Shown in pieces: positions 1-9,853 of a stretch of 64,000 bases of DNA (position 1 is its first letter; every line of letters begins with the position of its first letter). The stretch comes from Klebsormidium nitens. Lineage: Eukaryota > Plantae > Klebsormidiophyceae. Below the pieces are notes generated by a model, which worked only from the letters and a program-made list of their open reading frames with translations, did not search any database and had not been told where the DNA came from. The DNA lies in contig DF236980.1 in the NCBI GenBank assembly GCA_000708835.1, positions 271,441-335,440 of the forward strand, given 5' to 3'. A program made the position numbers and the translations under genes.

Positions 1-2345
1 CCCCGTCGTCTCGGGCCGAAGAAAGAGTTCCATCTTGCAAAAGGACTCCGTCGTTTCCATTTGATTGCGCCGCAACTTCAGGGGGGTCACGAACCGTCCC
101 CTCAGCCAAAGATTCGCTTGTGTTTTCAGTCAGCGGCTCAGCAGACCCACTACAAACCTCTGCCTGGACCCCCTCCTGAGGGATCCCCCTCTCGCTCAAA
201 GTCCCCTCTTCTCGCTCCCCCTCCCCAGGTTCGGTTGCTGCACTCGGCCCCGCATTTGCAGATTGCTCCGTAAGTGCCCCTCCCGCTCCCCCTAAGCTCT
301 CCTCAGTGTTTCCAGCCCCGTCTTTGCTTCCAGCTCCATTCCCCTGTCCCTTTTTGCTCCCATCCCCCTTCTCCTTCTTTCCTTTCTTCTCTTTCTTCTC
401 CTTCTTATCCGTCTTCTCCTTGCCCCCCCCCCCCTCCTTTTCCTTCTTATTTTTCACCCCTGCCTCTGCCCCTCCATTTTTACTGGTCTCGACAATTCCC
501 CCCTCAATTCCTTTCGCACTGGCAACACCCTTTGTCTCACTACTAACCTCCCCATTCTCCCCCGTTTCCTCCCCTTTCTTCTCCCCATCCACCTTCCGCC
601 GATTCTGAGAGACGGGATACACCCACGGCATGTCGTATCGCTGTAAAATGTACCCGAGTTTCCGCAAATTGCAGTACACGTGATAAGCCTGTAGCGGCCG
701 CCCTTGGTGCAGCAAAAGGGAGTGGACTTGCTGAACGGATGCGGGCTCGGAACCCAACAGAAGCAACAGGCTGCCGCGCTCGACCATGTACCTGAGGGAT
801 GCAGATTCTGGGTTAGTGCCAGGGTTGGTGCCAAGGGCTGGTGCCAAGATGCAAACTGGGGTTAGTCCCAAAGTTAGAGAAGAATGTACGATATTCAAAA
901 CTTGGTTTTCTTGCTGTTCGACAAGGACACAGACGCACATTGCTGGTTGCAGAATCCTGTACCTGGATTTTATGCCTCTGGCAAACAAGGTGTCAGTCGT
1001 TTGCTCCACTTCCTTGGCTTCTCAATCAAGTGCCTCGCCAGACATTTATTTGCTTTGCATGACCGGATCAGATTTCAACATAAGCAAGGACAGGGACCAA
1101 CTCGCTAAGGATGACGAACGAATTACGGGACAATCCAAAACACGTTCACAGACAAACAGAAACAGATGTCCGAAGATGGAAGAAGCGATCCGGCGGAATG
1201 AGGCGGCAGACTCACAGCGCCTCCTCGGGCTGACAGAAGATACGGCCCTGGCGCACGATGCCCATGTTCTGCCACATGTTGCCCTTCATCACCAACGCCT
1301 CCGCCAGGCCCCGGTTCGGGTGCCACCGAGCGACAGACAGCGTTTTTCTGAGAGTGGGAACAAAAACCTGTTTGAATAACGCCCTTTCAGTTGTGGGCAT
1401 CTGAAAAGGTTCTGTCATGCGACGTCTTGTTGCAAGTAGGCGCCGGGAGCTTGCCGCCACGAGCTGGTTTTTAAGAGCATTGATTGCCACTTGTTGCCGT
1501 CGTTTAGGTGATGTGCATAAAAGAGCATTTGATGTGGTGTGCTCCAGGACGACTTGAGTCTGCGCAGCTAATGCACGAAAAGGGAAGTGAGAAAAGCTGG
1601 AGATAAAAGAGGCTGATGACTGGTCTCATTGACGCGCTCCAGGCTCCAATTTTAGATCTGTATCTTCAGACAGCGCCACAAACCATTTTCCTTGAGCCAT
1701 GCAACAAACAATACGGATGGTTATGAGAGGTCATCCAGCAGCTGCTGATTGCTTGGTGGCAGCTTTTAACAAAACAAGTGGTGGACGTAACTTCCCGGGG
1801 CTAACCATAAATTATATTGGACCAACTTGTTAATATCTGCTCTGATGGTTGGGTGGTGTGGTATGAATGAGCACCAGAGCTCAACCAGTACAGTGCGAGT
1901 GGCCGCTACTCCCACAAGGCAGCGGTAATGATGCATTGAAACCGTGCGTTGCACCCAGCAGTGAATGCGGATCAGAGGGTGAGTCTTTTCAACGAGGAAT
2001 CTAGTCTCGATACTCAACGAGATTGTCCAGAATGAACAAGCGCGATGGCCGTCGTTTGTTATTGGCGCTGTCCCGTCTGCCTCCGGCCAACTAGCAGAAT
2101 GCTGAAGGCGCTGTTTACACAGCACGCCTATCACGACCACCTCACCTCGTCGCCAGTCTCCGCTGCGCCAGAAGCTTATACACTTCCTTCAGCGCCAGCT
2201 TTGGTTCCTCCTCGTCCTCATCCAAGTCCATGTGCTTCCTGTTTGAATCCAGGAACTCGTCTTTCTTCTTCCGCCTCCCCGCACCTTTCTTCTTCCTGCG
2301 GGCGGGCCGCCCGTCAGGGGCCGGCCGCCCAAATATGATACCCAT
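1..2345 (-). CDS. TSEN54: tRNA-splicing endonuclease subunit Sen54 (3' end outside window)
   Basis: Exons 2345-2146, 1347-1216 and 791-<1 join through GT-AG introns. They read ..KDEFLDS..LKEVYKLLAQRRLATR|KTLSVARWHPNRGLAEALVMKGNMWQNMGIVRQGRIFCQPEEAL|YMVERG..YHVYCNLRKLGYILQR, matching the Sen54 N-terminal domain (W.P..G..E....G..W..MG....G...L.PEEALYL.ERG; Y.VY..L++LGY). The frame stays open to position 1. The start codon is uncertain because upstream exons are possible at ~2480-2690. Confidence 0.85.
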
Positions 2346-3004
2346 GACTTTGTCCAAGAAATTCTAAGAAGACTGTTAGGCCGACCGACTCAATTCACGA
2401 AGTTTTAGTTGAAGGATTGCTTGCCACACAATGTTCATATGTGACCGCCCTATCAGGCTGCTCGAAAGAAGATCGCTCACCGCCAACTTTTTTGACCATG
2501 TGGCTGACATCAGTGCAATCATTGTCTGCACGCGAGGAGAACCAAGAACATAGGTATGCACCACTGCAGCGAAAGTGGATGCAGGCACGCTTTTGGAAGT
2601 CATAGCTTATGTCTTACAAGCGTGGGGAGGCCAGTAGTTTGAACCATCGACGCAAAGAAAGGTGACAGCAGCACGATCGAACGGTTTGCCGGCTGTTTTC
2701 AGAGGGGTCCCTCAAGAGAGTCTTATACGCTATTCGCCGAGTGCACCTGTTGCAAATTAATGCTCTGATCGACAGTGAAGAAGGAGATCCAGCTGATCAG
2801 GGGGTCGATCTGCGCTTTCCCCCTAGCTCATCTTCCCTCTCATTTTGGCTCATGGTCTTTCCAAGACTCTGTGGAGAAGAACAAGGCATAGATAACCCAC
2901 CCTAGAGCGCTAGCTGGCGGCAAAACATCTGTCCCGCGGATGCAGCATATGAACCTGGCCAATTTCAACCAGCCCACTTCAGCAATCATTTCTTGATCAC
3001 AGCC

Positions 3005-4495
3005 ATGGTTCCTGCACCCAATGCAGACGACTCCCTCGACCCTCTGCTGCTAACCGAGGGCGGCAAGGCTCCTCTTGCACACATCCCCCCCAGACTTTCC
3101 CAACAGGAGACGCGCAATGCTGAGGTTGACATCATCTCGAATGCAGAAGATCCATTGCTAGGCAAGGCCCAGAGCTCTTCTCTTGGTTTTACAAAGCTAG
3201 ATCTTCTCGAAGCGATCGACGGCCGGGCACTGGCGGGTGCGGGCACCGCAAACCAGCTCCAGACGATCTTCAACATCATCAACCTATACATGGGCATCGG
3301 AGTCTTTGTCATCGGGCACGCATTTGCTTTAGGCGGCTGGGCGACCCTCCTATTTCTCTTCCTCTTCAGCGCCGTCTTCTGCTTCAGCGCTCAGCTCCTG
3401 TGCGCGTCCTTTGAGAAGTTGCCCGGGGAAACCGCACCTAGTTACCCAGCCTTGGGTTTCCTGGCGGGCGGTGCGGTGGGGCAGTGGGGGGTATTTCTGG
3501 TCTCCGTCACGGAGTTCTTCGGCGACACCTGTATTCTGCTGTTATCCATTTGGCAGTCCTTGATTGTGCTCTTTCCCCCAAGCGGGGGAGTGTGCCTGGG
3601 GCTCGTGTGTTTAGATCCTAGGCAGTCCGTGATTCTAGCCACTTTGGTGGCGCTACTCCCGGCAATCTGGCTCCGGGGTTTCTCAAAGCTGACAGTGATA
3701 GCAGTGTCTGGGGTAGTGTCCAGTCTCGTGCTGACAGCTGTCATGGTGGGCACTGTCGTGATTGACCCAACATCAGCGCACGTGAGTGGGGAGGGATCAC
3801 ACCAGCACACGTTCCTCAGGGCCCCATCACTGCCAACCGGAATTGGTGTGATGCTCGTGTCGCTCTCAGGCCACCAGTCGCTGCCCTCTTTGAAGAGAAG
3901 TATGAGGCGCCCGCAGCATTTTGGGAGGTGTTTGTACGTTGCTTTTGGATCCATGTTTTTGTTGTACGCTGTAATGGGGAGCCTTTCCTACCAGTACTTT
4001 GGCGAGAGCTGCGACGTTCTGGTGACCCACAATCTCATCAAGTCAAGCGCAATTTCAAAGTGGGTCATCTTGCGGTTCGGCGCTTTTCGAGTTAGGTTAG
4101 CCCAAGTGCTCTCAGCCCTGCTCGCTCTTAGCGCATTCTCAACTACCCCGCCGGTAGTTCTTGTCTTGGGCGACCTGCTAATCGACATGACACAAGGGGG
4201 AGCACAAGGCCACGTGTCATCCTTGTTAGAAAGGGGTCTCCGAACAGCAGTTCTGCTGTTAGCTTATGCAGTTGCTATATTCTTTTATGACGTCTTGGGT
4301 CTACTTTTAAGTTTCATTGGGGGCGTTGCTAGCATGTGCTCTTCGTTGCTGCTACCTAGTCTCTTCTACTACTTGTTGCACCGAAATGAGATGATGCGTA
4401 GGCACCAGATCGTTGTAGGCAGCGTCATTTCTTTAGGAGCCGCAAGTGCAATTCTCATCGGGGTCATCAACGTACAACAACTCAGCAACAATTGA
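3005..4495 (+). CDS. AAAP/Aa_trans-family amino acid transporter (AVT1/vesicular type), single exon
   Basis: Uninterrupted ORF from ATG 3005 to TGA 4495 with ~11 hydrophobic segments. Motifs QTIFNIINLYMGIGV, SYPALG, SLSGHQSLPSLKRSMRRP and SLLLPSLFY. Confidence 0.9.
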   Translation: MVPAPNADDSLDPLLLTEGGKAPLAHIPPRLSQQETRNAEVDIISNAEDPLLGKAQSSSLGFTKLDLLEAIDGRALAGAGTANQLQTIFNIINLYMGIGVFVIGHAFALGGWATLLFLFLFSAVFCFSAQLLCASFEKLPGETAPSYPALGFLAGGAVGQWGVFLVSVTEFFGDTCILLLSIWQSLIVLFPPSGGVCLGLVCLDPRQSVILATLVALLPAIWLRGFSKLTVIAVSGVVSSLVLTAVMVGTVVIDPTSAHVSGEGSHQHTFLRAPSLPTGIGVMLVSLSGHQSLPSLKRSMRRPQHFGRCLYVAFGSMFLLYAVMGSLSYQYFGESCDVLVTHNLIKSSAISKWVILRFGAFRVRLAQVLSALLALSAFSTTPPVVLVLGDLLIDMTQGGAQGHVSSLLERGLRTAVLLLAYAVAIFFYDVLGLLLSFIGGVASMCSSLLLPSLFYYLLHRNEMMRRHQIVVGSVISLGAASAILIGVINVQQLSNN

Positions 4496-5895
4496 CTAGG
4501 ATATTTATAATGATACTGCGCGCGCGCGAATCAACAGTAGTGGACAACCTTGAGTTGCTGATAATTCAAAAAGCATTGTCAGTTCATGACGACAATATCC
4601 CCGTTGGTTCTGGCGAGCAACGAGCATCTCAATGATATTGCAGTCCGGCGCATGTGACGGGTTTCCATAAAGCTTCAACGCGCAAGTCTCGCGTTGGACA
4701 CGTAGATGGTTGTGGTCTGGCTAAGTCAACATAATCCGAAGACCACGAATTGTGGTTAATTGCAACAATTCTAAGGAGCGTCCCAACATGGTGGACAAAA
4801 TCGACTTGGGGACTATATATGTTACGATTGTTTGTCACTGCGAGTATCAGATGGGATCATGATGCGTCATGCATGATACTTCGCTCAGATCAGTGTGCCA
4901 CAGCAAGAACAACGAATAAATTGAGAACAAGCGGGCTGTCAACGACTCGTGAGAACGAGGCGAGGCGCAGGTTTGCTGCATCATGTCCATATCCGTACAC
5001 TAGCCAAATCTATGATGACTTCAGTAAGGCGGCAGCTACTCGGATGATTGATGCACCTGAGATTGTGCGCGTACGGTCGAAGCGTATATTTCTAAGCATA
5101 TCGGGCATACGAAGTCTTCGTTACGTCAAGAAAAGCTAGTCACTCAATTTCTGATGGCCGCTCACATCCTGATCCTTCGGGGTCATTGGTTGGATGCGAT
5201 TATTGTTTGCATTACTTCATTTTCTCGTATGCTAAATGAGATAAGGTTGCGCCGCGTGACGATTGCGGGTACCAGACGTTTCGAGGACGTCGAAGATAGT
5301 AAGCATGGTCAGCTTGGCATGTGTGCTCTCCAGCAGCTCAGATTACCAGGACGCATCGCTTTGCTGTTGACTTTCTTATCTCAACAGTGGGTTGCGGCGC
5401 AAAACTTGGCTCTTGACTGGCTGCTTGACCAGCAATGTTGCACCGCTGTCTTTCGGACCATTGACCTTAAGAAGTCTTTGAGCCGAAGCCGAAGGCTGTT
5501 CCCCACAACGTACCTTTCGCTAACTTGAACAGATCATTGTTTGAGCGCCTGCTATCTCAAAGCAGAGTTTCACAGCAGCCTTGAAGACTTTGAAGCAGAT
5601 CAGCCCTGGATATGGCCCCATGTGGTCCTTTGCGTTCGAAGTGTGAAAATCAAACATCCTAGTAATGCACCTATGCATCTACGTCTCCGATCCGTCCAGA
5701 GATGAAGAGATCAGCAGCTTTCAATGTACTAGCATCCTCTTTTTGTAGGACTGCTTTGGCTCTCTGCAGTTCTCGTTCAACGCATGCATTTCCAAGTTCA
5801 GCGAATCTTCCTTTCTCATGTGCATGTATCGTTCTGATGTGGCATCTACTTGGACCTTTCACGCGGTAAGAGAAAGTAGGTAAGGATAAGCTCCT

Positions 5896-6255
5896 TCAAA
5901 TTTCACCAGGACCTTGAAAAACCTGGGAATGTTGAAGTCCTCGACCTCCCAGCTCCCAAAGTATCTCCTTGTTTATCCTTATGAACTTCCTAAAAACTGT
6001 AAGATCAAGCTCCGTCAAAGGGAAGGGATCTCCAATCACATCCAATGGCTCTTCGAGCTTGACACGAAACCAGTTTCCCATCGCTTTCCAATGTTCAAAC
6101 TTATGCACTTTCAGATGTGGATACTTTTCCTGAGAAAGCTCTCCTGTTGTCAGCCAGATGGACATTGGCAGTCCCGTCTCGCTTGGACTCAACCACGTCA
6201 TGCTGAAGGCTTCATCTTAGCTCACAAGATCGCCGAGATAGTAACGGTACATGTC
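5896..6255 (-). pseudogene. DUF4160-related (bacterial/phage MANL.P..TGLP family) domain exon, copy 1, disrupted
   Basis: Reads DEAFSMTWLSPSETGLPMSIWLT..LKV..WFRVKLEEP..VIG..L...DL.VFRKFIRINKEILWE. It has an in-frame TAA at 6219-6217 upstream of DEAFS and a 2-nt deletion near 5950 relative to copy 2. The AG acceptor is at 6257-6256. Confidence 0.7.
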
Positions 6256-6980
6256 CTGGCAACAAGGAAACTAGTCTTTGAGTCACCTTAGGAAGAAGAA
6301 TTTAGTCAGGAGGTTCACTTCAGGATACGTGATACGCGCGGATCGACAATGTCACGGTAATCCGAGCATCCGAGAATCTCTCATTCTGGGTGGAGGGCTA
6401 CTCAATCTGGTAACTTATGACACACTTATTTTGAGATGCCTATAACTGTTTCCAGCGGTCCTCCATCTCCGAGTGTCAGAGAAGAAGCTTTCTGTCGGAC
6501 CTTGTGAAACTTTCAGCCAAGGATTCAGGAAACTTCATCTTTGCCGTCTGGGATTGTGAGCTGGAGCTTGGTTGCAGTTTCAGACGTGCTGCTGGACCTG
6601 TGAGATTCTATCATTGTCATCCAGATTGACCCAGAATGCCAATGCTCATCTTCTTCAGCCACGCCCTTCTTAAGACTCCTTCTTCGCTCATGATTACAGA
6701 GGATTACAGAGGATCTTGTTAAGTCCCTCACAAGATCGAAATCCCGTTTTTATCCAGATCAGATCGTAGTATCCAGACGTTGTTTTGTCGATCGCTCTAA
6801 GGCGCTCGCACACAGATGAAACAAAGAGAGGAACCATCTGCAAGCGAGATTCAGAATCACTGGACGTTGCGGTGAGAGCGCGGATTGGTTACTTCGTCGT
6901 CTGATTTATTCGAAGAAAGGTCGAAGCAGCTCATTTCCCGATCATCTTCTAAACACGCTGTAATCAACAATTGTGTTCAC

Positions 6981-7161
6981 CTTGCAGGAGCATGTTCCGG
7001 TTAGCACGCTACTCCAAGCAGCAACCCCGATTGTCCCCACACTAGCTGTTGGGACTATAATGCCTTGCTTATCTCCTTGGATGGTCGGCAGGCTGAGGCC
7101 AGACTCCATGAGAGCAGAGGCTCCTCTTCGAAGGGTCTCGCACCCAAAGACGCCCCTGCTC
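6981..7161 (-). CDS. Upstream exon of the duplicated DUF4160-like gene, copy 1
   Basis: 181-nt AG/GT-bounded exon with the same length and splice sites as 9853-9673. Peptide SRGVFGCETLRRGASALMESGLSLPTIQGDKQ..AAWSSVLTGTCSCK. Confidence 0.55.
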
Positions 7162-7306
7162 CTACAGACACGTAAAATGGATTTCCTGAAAGGGTGTACT
7201 TGTGTAAGTTTCTCTTCTTTCGTTCGTTGATGGATGGGTGATGGATGCTTGCAGTTTATACGGATCAATGTCAACGTCTGATCGACGGAAGGCGGCTAAG
7301 AATGAA

Positions 7307-7500
7307 TGGTGCATGGTCTCAACTTTCGCCAGCAGCTTTCTTCGAACTATTTTTAGCGGCTTGCAGCATACAGGCTCCTAGTTATGGGAAGAGATGTCAC
7401 TTGGTGCATGGTCTCAACTTTCGCCAGCAGCTTTCTTCGAACTATTTTTAGCGGGTTGCAGCATGCGGGCTCCTAGTTATGGGAAGAAATGTCACTTGGT
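7307..7500. repeat. 95-bp direct tandem duplication (2 copies)
   Basis: ggtgcatggtctcaactttcgccagcagc...gatgtcactt starts at 7308 and at 7403 with only a few mismatches. Confidence 0.95.
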
Positions 7501-7816
7501 GGTATTTTTGGAGAAAAAGGTAGCAATCTTGTCAGCGACCTTGTCACCTGCCCTGATGCAAAGGCTGAATCGCAGCGGCGATGGCAAGGATCCTCTCAGA
7601 TTCAAGTTGGATTCAGACGTTTGGAATCGACTCCAATCCCAGCTTTCAGCTGACTGCGAGCTCCTATTCCAGTGATTCCGGAACCCGATTTCAAATCAAA
7701 CCAGCTTAACAATCAAAAGCACTCAGAAAGCATTCTCCGTGGCGGGGGATTAAGTACACACGTAAGCGCTTACCTGGGAAACATCCCTGCAGTCTGCGCC
7801 CCCGCCAGCTGCATGG

Positions 7817-8024
7817 ACTCCGATAACTCTCGTGTGACCTAAGAGCCGTGTGACCTAAGATAGGCACCCGGGAGACGGGTGGGGTTGGGCGCCTTGGTAT
7901 GGTGGTTAGGGTGGGTTGGGGTGCGGAGCGGTTGATTAATTGGGTTAGGTTTTTAGTTTGAGGTGCCCGGGTTACTCGTATCTTGGGTCACACGCCCGTT
8001 AGGTCACACGAGAGTTACCGGTAT
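7817..8024. mobile_element. MITE with 43-bp TIRs and a 9-bp TSD (Mutator-like)
   Basis: TIRs at 7820-7862 and 7979-8021 are 38/43 identical and each contains gtgtgacc(t/c)aa twice. The direct repeat gctgcatgg flanks the element (7808-7816, 8025-8033). The interior is noncoding and G/T-rich. Confidence 0.85.
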
Positions 8025-8737
8025 GCTGCATGGCGCCAATGCGGAGCCTTTTATTTTGTCGGAAATTTATAGGTAGACTTTGATATCCGACGATGGCCTC
8101 GCGGCCGCTACCGCGACCCGGGGGTTTTGAGGCTTAGCAGGCGCGGCCGTGCCGCGCGTCAGGTGTGATACCGCGGCCGCGCGTAGAGAAAAAGCGGGGG
8201 GGAAATCTTGAAACGCATTGTATTAAAGATGACTTTGCAATAGCAAGAGTTCAGACGGACAATGAACGTTGATTCAATGTTTGTTTCAGCAAGCTCCGTG
8301 CAGGTATATACGTTCCAAGCAAGGATGCCACTCTGGCGAGGACCACCAATTTCGTTGCTAGCCATGTTTTCCCCACGTCGTTCGCAGAACAGCAAAAGCA
8401 ACGCGGTTCTGACAAGCGAAGGCCATTCAATGCCTTACAGTGAAGTGCATACTTAATTTAATACGGCAAGAATCATAACATTCTTTGCGGCGATTCACAG
8501 GTGCGCCTGATAAAATGCTGTTCGGCGCATCTGGTTTTTGCCTGTGACCTACTTTTATAGAGAAGGCCGCCTCAGGGCGGGTTTCAAGTCTCTAACGGCG
8601 TTCGATGTAGCTCTCCAGTGTATGGTGATACCGGTAAGCTATTTGTAAACAGACTTCCTTGTAAGTATAGTCGTGCAAGCGAGCCATTCTGCTCGGATCC
8701 TGGAGGCGTCTTTCACGCAAGAAAAGTACGGACCCCT

Positions 8738-9097
8738 TCAAATTCCCACTAGCTTATCGAGAAGTTTGGAAACGCAAAACTCCACCTCCCAGAACTCCCA
8801 GAGTAACTCTTTGTTCAGTCTCATGAACTTTCTCACAACTGCGATATCGTCCTCCGTCAAAGGGTGCGGATCTCCGATCACTTCCATGGGCTCTTCGAGC
8901 TTGACACGGAACCAACTTCCCATCTGCGCTCTCCAATCGTAGTTACTTTGCACTTTTAGATGCGCGTACTTTTCCTGACAGTATTTGCTTGTTGTCAGCC
9001 AGATCGTCATCGGCAGTCCCGTACCGTCTCTGGGACTTAGCGACGTCATGCTGAAGGCCTCATCGTCGGTCACGAAGTCAGAAAGAAGGTAACGATA
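8738..9097 (-). CDS. DUF4160-related (bacterial/phage MANL.P..TGLP family) domain exon, copy 2, intact
   Basis: After the AG at 9099-9098 it reads YRYLLSDFVTDDEAFSMTSLSPRDGTGLPMTIWLTTSKYCQEKYAHLKVQ..WFRVKLEEPMEVIGDPHPLTEDDIAVVRKFMRLNKELLWEFWEVEFCVSKLLDKLVGI*. Confidence 0.7.
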   Translation of the reverse strand, partial: YRYLLSDFVTDDEAFSMTSLSPRDGTGLPMTIWLTTSKYCQEKYAHLKVQSNYDWRAQMGSWFRVKLEEPMEVIGDPHPLTEDDIAVVRKFMRLNKELLWEFWEVEFCVSKLLDKLVGI

Positions 9098-9672
9098 CTG
9101 GCAACAAGAAAAATACTGCTTTAGTCACCGCAACAAGAAGTTGAATCTCTAGGAAACTCGAGGAAGGGCAGATCCGAATTCCTTACTTACATATCTAAGT
9201 ATCCACGTCTTCTTCTCCCAAGTAAAGCTGTCACTCAGCAAAACCGTTGGGTTTTCATCCGAGTGTTCGAAAGATTTTCAGATTTGAACCGTGCTTGTCG
9301 GCAGCACTCCCTTCTGCATCTTTCCAGTGTTCTAGAATGAACTTCTTCTTCCAGCTCATTATTTCAATACCCGCCCGTACATTTCTTCCCTCGAATACAC
9401 CACCATTCAGCAAATCTGTCCCTGACAAACAGAGCAAGCCATTTACATAACCCAGATTAGACCATCACATCCAGGAATGATCTATCAGTCTAGTGCTGCC
9501 ACACTGCAAATCTTTCCCACAGGAAGCTGAACCGAACTTTGGGTCCAGATTCACTCTATCTTGGGGTCAAAACGCTTGGATTTTTATCGTTCTGAAGTTA
9601 TCCAAGAGGGTCCAGGAGCAGCTCAATTCCTCAACAACTCGACCTCAATGCATCCAATCGTCTCATCTTCAC

Positions 9673-9853
9673 CTTGCAGGAGCATGTTCCGGTCAGCACG
9701 CTACTCCAGGCAGCAGGCTCTGTTGTTATTCCACTACCTACTGGGCCTACAACGCGCTGCTTGCCCCCTTGGATGGTTGGAAGCCTAGCGCCGGACTCCA
9801 AAAGAGCGGAGGCGCCTCTGTGAAGCGGCTCGCACCCTAAGATGCCCCTGCTC
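9673..9853 (-). CDS. Upstream exon of the duplicated DUF4160-like gene, copy 2
   Basis: 181-nt exon (tgcAG|gagcagg ... tgcaag|GTgaag). About 10 differences from copy 1 are synonymous in this frame. Confidence 0.55.

Noticed and set aside
61-834. Pro/Ser/Phe-rich plus-strand ORFs and the 454-834 minus ORF
   Set aside because: Antisense or off-frame shadows of the purine-rich TSEN54 exon.
1212-1490. ORF starting at GTG 1490 as a stand-alone TSEN54 first exon
   Set aside because: Homology is better explained by splicing 2146 to 1347, which restores the KDF..L..LL..R segment; 1490-1348 is intronic.
1766-2140. 124-aa minus ORF
   Set aside because: Lies within the TSEN54 intron and has no recognisable motif.
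4629-5862. Several 60-130-aa ORFs on both strands
   Set aside because: No recognisable family or consistent exon chain; left unresolved as possible decayed sequence.
6973-9840. Plus-strand reading of the duplicated 181-nt block, and TAG/TAA aligned to sense codons suggesting stop-codon reassignment
   Set aside because: The minus frame has more synonymous changes and no stops. TAA/TAG terminate the conserved genes here, so the code is standard.
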